Assembly: GCA_964016885.1 (NCBI GenBank)
Contig: OZ024740.1
Location: forward strand, 414,780,001 to 414,844,000
DNA length: 64,000 bases
Source: Eledone cirrhosa
Lineage: Eukaryota
Direction of reading: 5' to 3'
Below, in pieces: positions 1-13,816 of the stretch. The notes beneath the pieces are model-generated. The model saw nothing but the letters and a program-made list of their open reading frames with translations, did not search any database and was not told the DNA's origin. How positions within the stretch are numbered: the first letter of the stretch is position 1; the number at the start of each line of letters is the position of its first letter. The position numbers were made by a program, and so were the translations under genes.

Positions 1-1489
1 AGCATAATTTAAAGGTGATTTGGTTGTTATTTCTATCTGGTCCTGTAAACACATAAGGCTCTATCATTGACCATTGACTGGTGGATGTTTGGGTGATAAT
101 TGGAGGTGGTGGGGTGAAATATAGCAATGTGTTGGTGGTACTGGTGGCAGCAGCCATGACAGTGATAGAGCTTATAGTGATGGGGTGTTTGTATGATTTT
201 AGCAGTGCTTCCTAATTATAGGGATAATGTTGAAGAGGTGGATGTGGATTGTGGTGGTAGTGATTAGTTGTGTATTTGATATTTATAAGGGAACTTAGTT
301 TTCAATCGGGATCAAGGATCATTACCGTGTATTTTATCTGTCAATCATGGTTTGAAAAATGAAGATAATTACTTGGAGAATTGTCAAGGAATAAAGATTA
401 TGCACTTTACACATACACTCACACACATATGCGTGTTTGCAAACACACATATAAATATTTAAAAATACACATTAAGGGCAGAAAACAACAGAAACAAGGT
501 CAATATTAACTACATGCTGGTTACATTTTGGTCAAGCTGGCCTTTACCTTTCTGGTGTTTTCCATGCTTACATGTTTGGGATGGTTTGTTTTGGAGCAAT
601 GGCTTTTACAGCTGGATACCTTTCATCATCACCACCATCATCCTCATCATCATCTAAAGGGCAGTGAATTGGCAGAATCGGTAGAGTGTCGGACACCATG
701 CTTTGCAACATAGTTACGTTCCTTTATGTTCTGAATTCAAATCCCACCAAGGTTAGCTTTGCCTTTCATCCTTACAGGGTCTATAGAATAAAGTACCAGT
801 CATGTACTGGAGTCGATTTAATCGACTTTGTCCTCCCCTCAAATTGTTGGCTTTGTGCCTAAATCAGAAACAATTATTTCTTATGGCCCCTTTCAAAGTT
901 GATAAAATAAAGTATCAGTAAAGTACTAGGGTCAGTATAAATGACTTTCCCCTTCCCACAAACTATTGGCCTTAGGCCTAAATTAGACATCATTTGTTCT
1001 GGCTATCTGTGCAATGAGTTCAAATCCCACCACGGTCAATTTTGCCTTTCATCCTTTCAAGGTTGGTTTGACAAGTGTTATAACATCAAGTGAAACACCT
1101 GACAGTATCTATGTTGGCTCTTGGTGTTCTGAGATCTTGGATGGTACACATAATTTGTCACTTAGTTTATCTCCACCATCTGGTCCTTAGGTGCCTTTAG
1201 TAAACATCATTCAATTCAGGTCTCTTCCAGTCTTGGAGCGCCCCACCCTCACCCATCCACTAAAAAATTGAGTTCATAGATACTATCTGTCTCTCCCCAA
1301 TAAATTTTTTTTTAAACTGAGTATTTAGCACTAAAAAACTTGCCAAACAAAAGTTGTAACTATTGTTTTGATTTTTCATTGATCTGAACCTGTTGCTTCT
1401 CATGGATTCTTTGGGGTATGTATGTGGACTGTGCACTTTTTAATGTGGCGCAAGCTCTACCACATGACAGAGTGAACTGGGTGCTTTAA

Positions 1490-4400
1490 TTATGACACCA
1501 GCCCTACAGGGTGAATTAGGTACTTTTTATTGTAGCACCAGCACTACGGCCTCACAGACAGGACTGGATGTATTCTGTAATGACACCAACACTACAGCCT
1601 CACAGAGTGGACTGGATGTATTCTGTAATGACACCAACACTACAGCCTCACAGAGTGGACTGGATGTATTCTATAATGACACCAGCACTACAGCCTCACA
1701 GAGAGGACTGGATGTATTCTATAATGACACCAACACCACAGCCTCGCAGAGTGGACTGGATGTATTCTGTAATGACACCAACACTACAGCCTCACAGAGA
1801 GGACTGGATGTATTCTGTAATGACACCAACACTACAGCCTCACAGAGGGGACTGGATGTATTCTGTAATGACATCAGCACTACAGCCTCACAGAGTGGAC
1901 TGGATGTATTCTGTAATGACACCAGCACTACAGCCTCACAGAGTGGACTGGATGTATTCTGTAATGACACCAGCACTACAGCCTCACAGAGTGGACTGGA
2001 TGTATTCTATAATTACACCAGCACTACGGCCTCACAGAGTGGACTGGATGTATTCTGTAATTACACCAGCACTACGGCCTCACAGAGGGGACTGGATGTA
2101 TTCTGTAATTACACCTGCACTACAGCCTCACAGAGTGGACTGGATGTATTCTGTAATTACACCAGCACTACGGCCTCACAGAGTGGACTGGATGTATTCT
2201 GTAATTACACCTGCACTACAGCCTCGCAGAGTGGACTGGATGTATTCTGTAATGACACCAGCACTACAGCCTCACAGAGAGGACTTGATGTATTCTGTAA
2301 TGACACCAACACTACAGCCTCACAGAGAGGACTGGATGTATTCTGTAATGACACAACACCACAGCCTCACAGAGTGGACTGGATGTATTCTGTAATGACA
2401 CCAGCACTACAGCCTCACAGAGAGGACTTGATGTATTCTGTAATGACACCAGCACTACAGCCTCACAGAGAGGACTGGATGTATTCTGTAATGACACCAA
2501 CACTACAGCCTCACAGAGAGGACTGGATGTATTCTGTAATGACACCAACACTACAGCCTCACAGAGAGGACTGGATGTATTCTGTAATGACACCAGCACT
2601 ACAGCCTCACAGAGAGGACTGGATGTATTCTGTAATGACACCAGCACTACAGCCTCACAGAGTGGACTGGATGTATTCTGTAATGACACCAGCACTACAG
2701 CCTCACAGAGAGGACTGGATGTATTCTGTAATGACACAACACCACAGCCTCACAGAGTGGACTGGATGTATTCTGTAATGACACCAGCACTACAGCCTCA
2801 CAGAGAGGACTGGATGTATTCTGTAATGACACAACACCACAGCCTCACAGAGTGGACTGGATGTATTCTGTAATGACACCAGCACTACAGCCTCACAGAG
2901 TGGACTGGATATATTCTGTAATTACACCAGCACTACAGCCTCACAGAGAGGACTGGATGTATTCTGTAATGACACCAACACTACAGCCTCACAGAGAGGA
3001 CTGGATGTATTCTGTAATGACACCAGCACTACAGCCTCACAGAGTGGACTGGATGTATTCTGTAATGACACCAGCACTACAGCCTCACAAAGAGGACTGG
3101 ATGTATTCTGTAATGACACCAACACTACAGCCTCACAGAGTGGACTGGATGTATTCTGTAATGACATCAACACTACAGCCTCACAGAGAGGACTGGATGT
3201 ATTCTGTAATGACACCAGCACTACAGCCTCACAGAGAGGACTGGATGTATTCTGTAATGACACCAACACTACAGCCTCACAGAGAGGACTGGATGTATTC
3301 TGTAATGACACCAGCACTACAGCCTCGCAGAGTGTACTGGATGTATTCTGTAATGACACCAGCACTACAGCCTCACAAAGAGGACTGGATGTATTCTGTA
3401 ATGACACCAGCACTACAGCCTCACAGAGTGGACTGGATGTATTCTGTAATGACACCAGCACTACAGCCTCACAGAGTGGACTGGATGTATTCTGTAATGA
3501 CATCAACACTACAGCCTCACAGAGAGGACTGGATGTATTCTGTAATGACACCAGCACTACAGCCTCACAGAGAGGACTGGATGTATTCTGTAATGACACC
3601 AACACTACAGCCTCGCAGAGTGGACTGGATGTATTCTGTAATGACACCAGCACTACAGCCTCACAGAGTGGACTGGATGTATTCTGTAATGACACCAACA
3701 CTACAGCCTCACAGAGTGGACTGGATGTATTCTGTAATGACACCAACACTACAGCCTCACAGAGTGGACTGGATGTATTCTGTAATGACACCAGCACTAC
3801 AGCCTCACAGAGAGGACTGGATGTATTCTGTAATGACACCAGCACTACAGTCTCACAGACAGGACTGGATGTATTCTGTAATGACACCAGCACTACAGCC
3901 TCACAGACAGGACTGGATGTATTCTGTAATGACACCAGCACTACAGCCTCACAGAGAGGACTGGATGTATTCTGTAATGACACCAGCACTACAGCCTCGC
4001 AGAGTGGACTGGATGTATTCTGTAATGACACCAGCACTACAGCCTCGCAGAGTGGACTGGATGTATTCTGTAATGACACCAACACTACAGCCTCACAGAG
4101 AGGACTGGATGTATTCTGTAATGACACCAACACTACAGCCTCACAGAGAGGACTGGATGTATTCTGTAATGACACCAGCACTACAGCCTCACAGAGTGGA
4201 CTGGATGTATTCTGTAATGACACCAGCACTACAGCCTCACAGAGTGGACTGGATGTATTCTGTAATGACATCAACACTACAGCCTCACAGAGTGGACTGG
4301 ATGTATTCTGTAATGACACCAGCACTACAGCCTCACAGAGTGGACTGGATGTATTCTGTAATGACACCAGCACTACAGCCTCACAGAGAGGACTGGATGT

Positions 4401-7400
4401 ATTCTGTAATGACACCAGCACTACAGCCTCACAGAGTGGACTGGATGTATTCTGTAATGACACCAGCACTACAGCCTCACAGAGGGGACTGGATGTATTC
4501 TGTAATGACACCAGCACTACAGCCTCACAGAGGGGACTGGATGTATTCTGTAATGACACCAACACCACATCCTCACAGAGAGGACTGGATGTATTCTGTA
4601 ATGACACCAGCACTACAGCCTCACAGAGTGGACTGGATGTATTCTGTAATGACACCAGCACTACAGCCTCACAGAGGGGACTGGATGTATTCTGTAATGA
4701 CACCAGCACTACAGCCTCACAGAGTGGACTGGATGTATTCTGTAATGACACCAACACCACATCCTCACAGAGAGGACTGGATGTATTCTGTAATGACACC
4801 AGCACTACAGCCTCACAGAGTGGACTGGATGTATTCTGTAATGACACCAACACCACATCCTCACAGAGAGGACTGGATGTATTCTGTAATGACACCAGCA
4901 CTACAGCCTCACAGAGGGGACTGGATGTATTCTGTAATGACACCAACACCACATCCTCACAGAGAGGACTGGATGTATTCTGTAATGACACCAGCACTAC
5001 AGCCTCACAGAGTGGACTGGATGTATTCTGTAATGACACCAGCACTACAGCCTCACAGAGGGGACTGGATGTATTCTGTAATGACACCAGCACTACAGCC
5101 TCACAGAGGGGACTGGATGTATTCTGTAATGACACCAACACCACATCCTCACAGAGAGGACTGGATGTATTCTGTAATGACACCAGCACTACAGCCTCAC
5201 AGAGTGGACTGGATGTATTCTGTAATGACACCAGCACTACAGCCTCACAGAGAGGACTGGATGTATTCTGTAATGACACCAACACCACATCCTCACAGAG
5301 AGGACTGGATGTATTCTGTAATGACACCAACACCACATCCTCACAGAGAGGACTGGATGTATTCTGTAATGACACCAGCACTACAGCCTCACAGAGTGGA
5401 CTGGATGTATTCTGTAATGACACCAGCACTACAGCCTCACAGAGTGGACTGGATGTATTCTGTAATGACACCAACACTACAGCCTCACAGAGAGGACTGG
5501 ATGTATTCTGTAATGACACCAACACCACATCCTCACAGAGAGGACTGGATGTATTCTGTAATGACACCAGCACTACAGCCTCACAGAGTGGACTGGATGT
5601 ATTCTGTAATGACACCAGCACTACAGCCTCACAGAGGGGACTGGATGTATTCTGTAATGACACAACACCACAGCCTCACAGAGTGGACTGGATGTATTCT
5701 GTAATGACACCAGCACTACAGCCTCACAGAGAGGACTTGATGTATTCTGTAATGACACCAGCACTACAGCCTCACAGAGAGGACTGGATGTATTCTGTAA
5801 TGACACCAACACTACAGCCTCACAGAGGGGACTGGATGTATTCTGTAATGACACCAACACCACATCCTCACAGAGAGGACTGGATGTATTCTGTAATGAC
5901 ACCAGCACTACAGCCTCACAGAGAGGACTGGATGTATTCTGTAATGACACCAGCACTACAGCCTCACAGAGGGGACTGGATGTATTCTGTAATGACACCA
6001 ACACTACAGCCTCACAGAGAGGACTGGATGTATTCTGTAATGACACCAGCACTACAGCCTCACAGAGAGGACTGGATGTATTCTGTAATGACACCAACAC
6101 TACAGCCTCACAGAGAGGACTGGATGTATTCTGTAATGACACCAGCACTACAGCCTCACAGAGAGGACTGGATGTATTCTGTAATGACACCAGCACTACA
6201 GCCTCACAGAGTGGACTGGATGTATTCTGTAATGACACCAGCACTACAGCCTCACAGAGAGGACTGGATGTATTCTGTAATGACACCAGCACTACAGCCT
6301 CACAGAGAGGACTGGATGTATTCTGTAATGACACCAACACTACAGCCTCACAGAGAGGACTGGATGTATTCTGTAATGACACCAGCACTACAGCCTCGCA
6401 GAGTGGACTGGATGTATTCTGTAATGACACCAGCACTACAGCCTCACAGAGAGGACTGGATGTATTCTGTAATGACACCAGCACTACAGCCTCGCAGAGT
6501 GGACTGGATGTATTCTGTAATGACACCAGCACTACAGCCTCACAGAGTGGACTGGATGTATTCTGTAATGACATCAACACTACAGCCTCACAGAGAGGAC
6601 TGGATGTATTCTGTAATGACACCAGCACTACAGCCTCACAGAGTGGACTGGATGTATTCTGTAATGACACCAACACTACAGCCTCATAGAGTGGACTGGA
6701 TGTATTCTGTAATGACACCAGCACTACAGCCTCACAGAGAGGACTGGATGTATTCTGTAATGACACCAACGCCACAGCCTCACAGAGGGGACTGGATGTA
6801 TTCTGTAATGACAACAGCACTACAGCCTCACAGAGAGGACTGGATGTATTCTGTAATAATAATAATGAATAATAATAATAATGAAATTATTGTGCAAAGT
6901 GCTCAGGTGTACTACAACTCGTCAATATAGTACATAGAATAATACACAAATGCCAGGGAAGTACATGTTTGTATGTGTTAGCTGTAGTGTTGGCGGATCT
7001 CGGGAAGCACGGAGGCCTTAAAGGATGCAGTGTCTCGACAGCTAACAACTGATGCAGGTAGTTTGTTCCATGCTTCAGCAACTCTGAGCGTGAAAAAATG
7101 TTTCCGAAAGTCATGGGAACTGTGCTGTTTTCTTACTTTGTGGGCATGTCCACGTGTGTTAGACACATGGAAATCGAAAAGGCACTCAGGGTTGTTGTTG
7201 GCAACATGGTTAACAATTTTGTGGGTGTTACCCAAGTCAGTTGCCAGGCGTCGGAGCTTCAATGAATCCATGCCCAGGGAAGCAAGGCGCTCAGAGTATG
7301 GTAGATGCCTGATGGAGGGTATTCGCTTGGTTGCACGTCTCTGAACAGTTTCCAGGCGGTCAATGTCCTGAGCAAGATAAGGGTTCCAGACTGGTGATGC

Positions 7401-9848
7401 AAATTCTAAGTGTGGTCGCACCATAGCTGTATACAGCCTTAGATAGATATCTGGAGAGCGGCTGACAAAGGTCTTGCTGAGTGAATGACACCAGCACTAC
7501 GGCCTCACAGAGAGGACTGGATGTATTCTGTAATGACACCAACACTACAGCCTCACAGAGTGGACTGGATGTATTCTGTAATGACACCAACACTACAGCC
7601 TCACAGAGTGGACTGGATGTATTCTGTAATGACACCAACACTACAGCCTCACAGAGTGGACTGGATGTATTCTGTAATGACACCAGCACTACAGCCTCAC
7701 AGAGAGGACTGGATGTATTCTGTAATGACACCAGCACTACAGCCTCACAGAGAGGACTGGATGTATTCTGTAATGACACCAGCACTACAGCCTCACAGAG
7801 AGGACTGGATGTATTCTGTAATGACACCAACACTATAGCCTCACAGAGAGGACTGGATGTATTCTGTAATGACACCAACACTACAGCCTCACAGAGTGGA
7901 CTGGATGTATTCTGTAATGACACCAACACTACAGCCTCACAGAGAGGACTGGATGTATTCTGTAATGACACCAACACTACAGCCTCACAGAGTGGACTGG
8001 ATGTATTCTGTAATGACACCAGCACTACAGCCTCACAGAGAGGACTGGATGTATTCTGTAATGACACCAACACTACAGCCTCACAGAGTGGACTGGATGT
8101 ATTCTGTAATGACACCAACACTACAGCCTCACAGAGTGGACTGGATGTATTCTGTAATGACACCAGCACTACAGCCTCACAGAGAGGACTGGATGTATTC
8201 TGTAATGACACCAGCACTACAGCCTCACAGAGAGGACTGGATGTATTCTGTAATGACACCAACACTACAGCCTCACAGAGAGGACTGGATGTATTCTGTA
8301 ATGACACCAACACTACAGCCTCACAGAGAGGACTGGATGTATTCTGTAATGACACCAGCACTACAGCCTCACAGAGAGGACTGGATGTATTCTGTAATGA
8401 CACCAGCACTACAGCCTCACAGAGAGGACTGGATGTATTCTGTAATGACACCAGCACTACAGCCTCACAGAGAGGACTGGATGTATTCTGTAATGACACC
8501 AACACTACAGCCTCACAGAGAGGACTGGATGTATTCTGTAATGACACCAACACTACAGCCTCACAGAGAGGACTGGATGTATTCTGTAATGACACCAGCA
8601 CTACAGCCTCACAGAGAGGACTGGATGTATTCTGTAATGACACCAGCACTACAGCCTCACAGAGAGGACTGGATGTATTCTGTAATGACACCAGCACTAC
8701 AGCCTCACAGAGAGGACTGGATGTATTCTGTAATGACACCAGCACTACAGCCTCACAGAGAGGACTGGATGTATTCTGTAATGACACCAACACTACAGCC
8801 TCACAGAGTGGACTGGATGTATTCTGTAATGACACCAGCACTACAGCCTCACAGAGAGGACTGGATGTATTCTGTAATGACACCAGCACTACAGCCTCAC
8901 AGAGAGGACTGGATGTATTCTGTAATGACACCAGCACTACAGCCTCACAGAGAGGACTGGATGTATTCTGTAATGACACCAGCACTACAGCCTCACAGAG
9001 AGGACTGGATGTATTCTGTAATGACACCAGCACTACAGCCTCACAGAGAGGACTGGATGTATTCTGTAATGACACCAGCACTACAGCCTCACAGAGAGGA
9101 CTGGATGTATTCTGTAATGACACCAGCACTACAGCCTCACAGAGAGGACTGGATGTATTCTGTAATGACACCAACACTACAGCCTCACAGAGTGGACTGG
9201 ATGTATTCTGTAATGACACCAGCACTACAGCCTCACAGAGAGGACTGGATGTATTCTGTAATGACACCAACACTACAGCCTCACAGAGTGGACTGGATGT
9301 ATTCTGTAATGACACCAACACTACAGCCTCACAGAGAGGACTGGATGTATTCTGTAATGACACCAGCACTACAGCCTCACAGAGTGGACTGGATGTATTC
9401 TGTAATGACACCAGCACTACAGCCTCACAGAGAGGACTGGATGTATTCTGTAATGACACCAGCACTACAGCCTCACAGAGGGGACTGGATGTATTCTGTA
9501 ATGACACCAACACTACAGCCTCACAGAGAGGACTGGATGTATTCTGTAATGACACCAGCACTACGGCCTCACAGAGTGGACTGGATGTATTCTGTAATGA
9601 CACCAGCACTACAGCCTCACAGAGAGGACTAGATGTATTCTGTAATGACACCAACACCACAGCCTCACAGAGTGGACTGGATGTATTCTGTAATGACACC
9701 AGCACTACAGCCTCACAGAGTGGACTTGATGTATTCTGTAATGACACCAGCACTATAGCCTCACAGAGGGAACTGGATGTATTCTGTAATGACACCAACA
9801 CTACAGCCTCACAGAGTGGACTGGATGTATTCTGTAATGACACCAGCA
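1490..9848. repeat. 48-bp minisatellite, roughly 160 units, interrupted at ~6856-7482
   Basis: Unit cagcctcacagagWggactggatgtattctgtaatgacaccaRcacta. The long ORFs here are 16-aa repeats of this unit. Confidence 0.98.
6856..7482 (-). mobile_element. 5'-truncated CR1-group LINE 3' fragment with (ATT)n tail, inserted in the minisatellite
   Basis: ORF 6978-7424 VRPHLEFASPVWNPYLAQDIDRLETVQRRATK...FFTLRVAEAWNKLP is a typical CR1/L2-group ORF2 C-terminus. The same 3' end recurs at ~25890-25980 and ~41035-41115. Confidence 0.9.
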
Positions 9849-10224
9849 TTTGGATGCTCATTGTGTCCTTGGTCCAGCTGGGGAGGACGTGAAGATAGGA
9901 GTAGGGGGAGTCACTAGTTACTTACCAGAGTCATTCCAAAGTAGGAAAGCAGGTATTGTGTCATGGACTTGCATCTGGTTGTATATTGTGTCATGGATTT
10001 ACATCTGGCCTTATATTGTCATGGGTTTACATCTGGCAGTTATATTGTGGAATGTGTCCAGCTGTCCATGCATATATGAGTTCAACTGGAACTGCATATT
10101 ATAGGCATTAGTGATGTAGGAAAGGCAGACATCATCATCATTGTTAGCATCTACTTTCTCGTGCTTGTATCGGTTAAACAGGTTGTCACATTCTGAGAGT
10201 AGACCGATCAAGTGACATCATCAT

Positions 10225-10700
10225 CATCATCATTTTACGTCCGCTCTTCCCTGCTCGCAAGGGTGGGACGGGTCTTATTCAGCACAGCATCTCTCCACTC
10301 GTCACGGTCCTTTGTCATCTCCACCGTGAGCTTCAACGATCTGAGGTCTGTTCTCACCACCTCCGCCCATGTTTTTCGTGGTCTACCTCTACCACGTCTT
10401 CCTTCAACTGGCAATTCCTGGCACTTCTTCACCCATCGGTCATCCTCCATGTGCATCACATGTCCATACCACCTCAGTCTCCTCTCCCGTACACTACATT
10501 CTATCCCTCTCAGACACAGTTTCTCTCTCAACACATTCATGCTGTGTCATTCACGCACATTTACGCTGCACATCCAACGGAGCATGCTTGCCTCATTTCT
10601 CTCCAGCCGTCGCATATCCTCTGCAGTTGCTGTCCATGTCTCACTACCATGCAGCATCGCGCTCCTCACACAGGCATCATACAACCGGCCTTTCGTGCGC
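10225..10700 (-). mobile_element. RTE LINE 3' fragment (family 1; ORF runs into the tail)
   Basis: RRLRWYGHVMHMEDDRWVKKC...GRGRPRKTW...KTRPTLASREERT*, followed by (TGA)n. Confidence 0.88.
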
Positions 10701-11029
10701 AGTATATACTTTTAGTTTTGGAATTGTTTCTATAACTGGATGACCTTCCTAACCCCAACATTTTACCATTCCACTGGTACTACTATCATACAAGGTGGCC
10801 TATTATGGTGGGGGAGTGCCTGGCTTTCTATGCTGGCTTCGGTTTGTTGATGAAGGAGTCAGTGTATTTTTCTTTGTACAGATTGCATGTCTTTCCATGC
10901 TGGTGAGTGAGGGAAGACTATATATAATATTATATCTTTGAGATGGATGGGCTCCATCAGGTTTAAATGCCCAACACATGTTGTATGTCATGACGGCACC
11001 TCTAAATTTCCATCAGATCATATGGGTCC

Positions 11030-11256
11030 ATGGCAAATGAGATGGCAACATGAATGGACCAGTTATTTTTCACTAAAAACATTTTTTTCCGATTCTGCCC
11101 TGCCTATCTCTTCAATCTTTCTAATTTCTCATTCTCTCTTCTGATGAAGGACGAGTGTCTGAAACGTTTGGACCCTCTTCCTGCTATTTCAAGCGTTAAC
11201 CTAATATGTTCCTTCCATATACTGTACCGATTGTGTTGTTATTTCTGTTTACCTTT

Positions 11257-11260
<4 letters not shown>
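11030..11260 (+). mobile_element. Short dispersed repeat with a hammerhead-like core, ending in (TA)n
   Basis: CTGATGA-aggac-gagt-gtct-GAAAC at 11141-11165. Related minus-strand copies at ~31710-31890 and ~49800-49850. Confidence 0.5.
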
Positions 11261-11295
<35 letters not shown>

Positions 11296-11340
11296 AAGGT
11301 AAAGAAATGGTGATGGCTTCTATAAATATATATATATATA

Positions 11341-12300
11341 TAAACGGAAAAAATGAAACGAAATTTCATTTCTCACTCTTAGTACGGCTGTTTCTTAAAT
11401 ATAAGTATGTATACGTACATACATATATGTATACAGACATACAGTAGTATGTATATATATATATACATACATGCACACATATATATATGTACGTATGGAT
11501 TCACCAAACATTTATTATAATGCTCGGTGTGTTTGTAAACAAACATCCCAAATTAAACTGTACAGTGTCTAGCAACCATCGTTGCTCATTTGTTCAACAC
11601 TGACAAAGGAACACTGTACTAGTTTCAAGCTTATTAGCTATCGTCAGCAATGTATACCTTCCTGCCAGATGGTTGAACGTCAGTGTTGAGCAATTGAGCA
11701 ACGATGGTTGCTAGACACTGTACGGCTTAATTCGGGATGTTTGTTTACAAACACACCGAGCATTATAATAAATGTTCGGTGAATCCATACGTACATATAT
11801 ATATGTGTGCATGTATGTATATATATATACATACTACTGTATGTCTGTATACATATATGTATGTACGTATACATACCTATATTTAAGTAACAGCCGTACT
11901 AAGAGTGAGAAATGAAATTTCGTTTCATTTTTTCCGTTTATCGTTTTCGGTACCCCGGCCGATTAACTCACTCGATATGCAAATTAGGCTGCTCAGCCAT
12001 TAATATGCATAAGGAAAGTATATACTTTCAGACGTTCAACAATCTGGCAGGAAGGTATACGTTGCTGATGATAGCTAATAAGCTTGAAACTAGTACAGCG
12101 TTCCTTTGTCAGTGTTGAACAAATGAGCAACGATGGTTGCTAGACACTACGGTTTAATTTGGGATGTTTGTTTACAAACACACCGAGCATTATAATAAAT
12201 GTTCGGTGAATCCATACGTACATATATATGTGTGCATGTATGTATATATATATATACATACTACTGTATGTCTGTATGCATATATGTATGTACGTATACA
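11341..12300. mobile_element. Hammerhead-containing non-coding element: inverted arm plus partial tandem (~430-bp period)
   Basis: 11341-11681 is the reverse complement of the downstream unit. 11680-11870 repeats at 12109-12300. Flanked by (TA)n. Confidence 0.75.
12059..12101 (+). ncRNA. Minimal type I hammerhead ribozyme (inverted copy 11611-11653, minus)
   Basis: acgttg-CTGATGA-t-agct-aata-agct-t-GAAA-ctag-TA-cagcgt: 6-bp stem I, 4-bp stem II, palindromic stem III, GUA triplet. Confidence 0.8.
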
Positions 12301-13192
12301 TATATATATATATACATACATATATGAAAATGCCCAATCATAGATACAAACATAAAAATATACACAATTACATATGCAGAAATTCATTACATAAATATAT
12401 GAATAGTAGTATGCATGTGTGTGTGTATGTGAGCATTCATGTGCATGTATTTACATATACACACACATGTATACAGAGCAAACCATTTATAGTTTGCTGC
12501 AATTCTATGAAAAGAATAGACTCTTTATTGTAAGACTACATAATATTGACTAAACATAATTTGGTGTTCTGCTATACAGCACAGTTCCAAGTCAGTGGCA
12601 CTGACTTAATGGTCCTGCAGCCTGTCTGACTATAATGAACCTAGCCATTCTCTTCATACGCTTAAAGAAATCAATACCAATTTCAGAAGCGACAGTAACG
12701 AATAAGATAAAACAACAGTGCAGCCTTTATCAAATGTTTCCCTTGAGTTAATTTTTCAATCTGGCAGTTGTAGTAAGGTGTGTGGGGGGGGGGGGGGGGG
12801 GGGTCATGAAGAATATGTGTAAGAGGGAGGAGCTAGATGAAAAGCATTTACTACTAATACTACTACTACTAGGTTTTTGTTGTTGTTTGGGTTTTTTTTT
12901 ATTTTCTTTTGTTTTTTGCTATATTAGACACATTCAAGAGAATGCTTACTTAGTCTTTGTATATACAACTTAGAGTAACTTATAACCAGAGCCTTTTTAT
13001 AAGTAATATTTTGTAAAATATGTTTTCTTCTAAAACCTAATATTCCACTTTATGAACATTTGTTTATGAAAGAAAGCTGAGCTTCCTCATTATTATTTTT
13101 CTATTACATCTCTCCCTCTCTCTCTCTCTCTATATATATGTGTGTGAATGGATATGTGTGTATGGGTGGATATGTGTGTGTATGTATATGTG

Positions 13193-13226
<34 letters not shown>

Positions 13227-13269
13227 TATGTAATATATAAGATCAAAAGATGGTTAAAGGAGTTCCATG

Positions 13270-13340
13270 TATTTTATTATGCGCATTTCAAAAACAAACA
13301 TCATCATGCAATAATATTTGTGTTTTCATCAGATAAAACA
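13270..13340 (-). ncRNA. Minimal type I hammerhead ribozyme in a (TA)n-flanked insert
   Basis: Reverse strand: tgttttat-CTGATGA-aaaca...tgttttt-GAAA-tgcgca-TA-ataaaata. 8-bp stem I, palindromic stem III, AUA triplet. Confidence 0.75.
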
Positions 13341-13430
13341 GGAGGACATGATATGAAGGCTAAAAAACACTTGTGGATAGTGCAGTTTTAAATCAACATA
13401 TATATATGTAGATGGAGGCACATGGCTCTA

Positions 13431-13775
13431 TGGAGGCACATGGCTTAGTGGTTAGAGCATTGAGCTTGCAATCGAAAGGTTGTGAGTTCAATTCTCAGAC
13501 CGAGTGATGTGTTGTTTCCTTGAGCAAGACACTTTATTTCATATTGCTCCAGTTTACTCAGCTGTAGAAATGAGATGATAGGGTCTGGGGTCCTATCATT
13601 CCACTGCAAAGTGGTCATGGAGGTGCCACGGCAAAAAAGTATGCAGCACTCACTGTAAATGAGGTTGGTGTTAGGAAGGGCATCCAGTTGTAGAAATCAA
13701 GCCAGAATCAGTTCCCGTCCCACCCTTGCAAGCAGGGAAAAGTGGATGTAAAATGATGATAATGATGATGATGAT
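13431..13775 (+). mobile_element. tRNA-derived SINE with RTE-type tail (family A)
   Basis: A box TGGCTTAGTGG and B box GTTCAATTC. Tail cccacccttgcaagcagggaaaag-(TGA)n is shared with RTE family 1. Confidence 0.88.
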
Positions 13776-13816
13776 ATATATATATGTATGTCATCATCAT
13801 CATCATCATCATCATC

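Noticed and set aside
1540-9848. CRISPR-like array
   Set aside because: No unique spacers, no cas genes, eukaryotic context.
1492-9892. Very long ORFs (400-950 aa) on both strands
   Set aside because: They are by-products of a 48-bp unit (a multiple of 3) lacking stops in several frames. Frames switch at 47-bp units and a LINE interrupts the array.
13431-13505. tRNA gene
   Set aside because: A/B boxes are present but the stems are poor, and the sequence continues into a multicopy SINE body.
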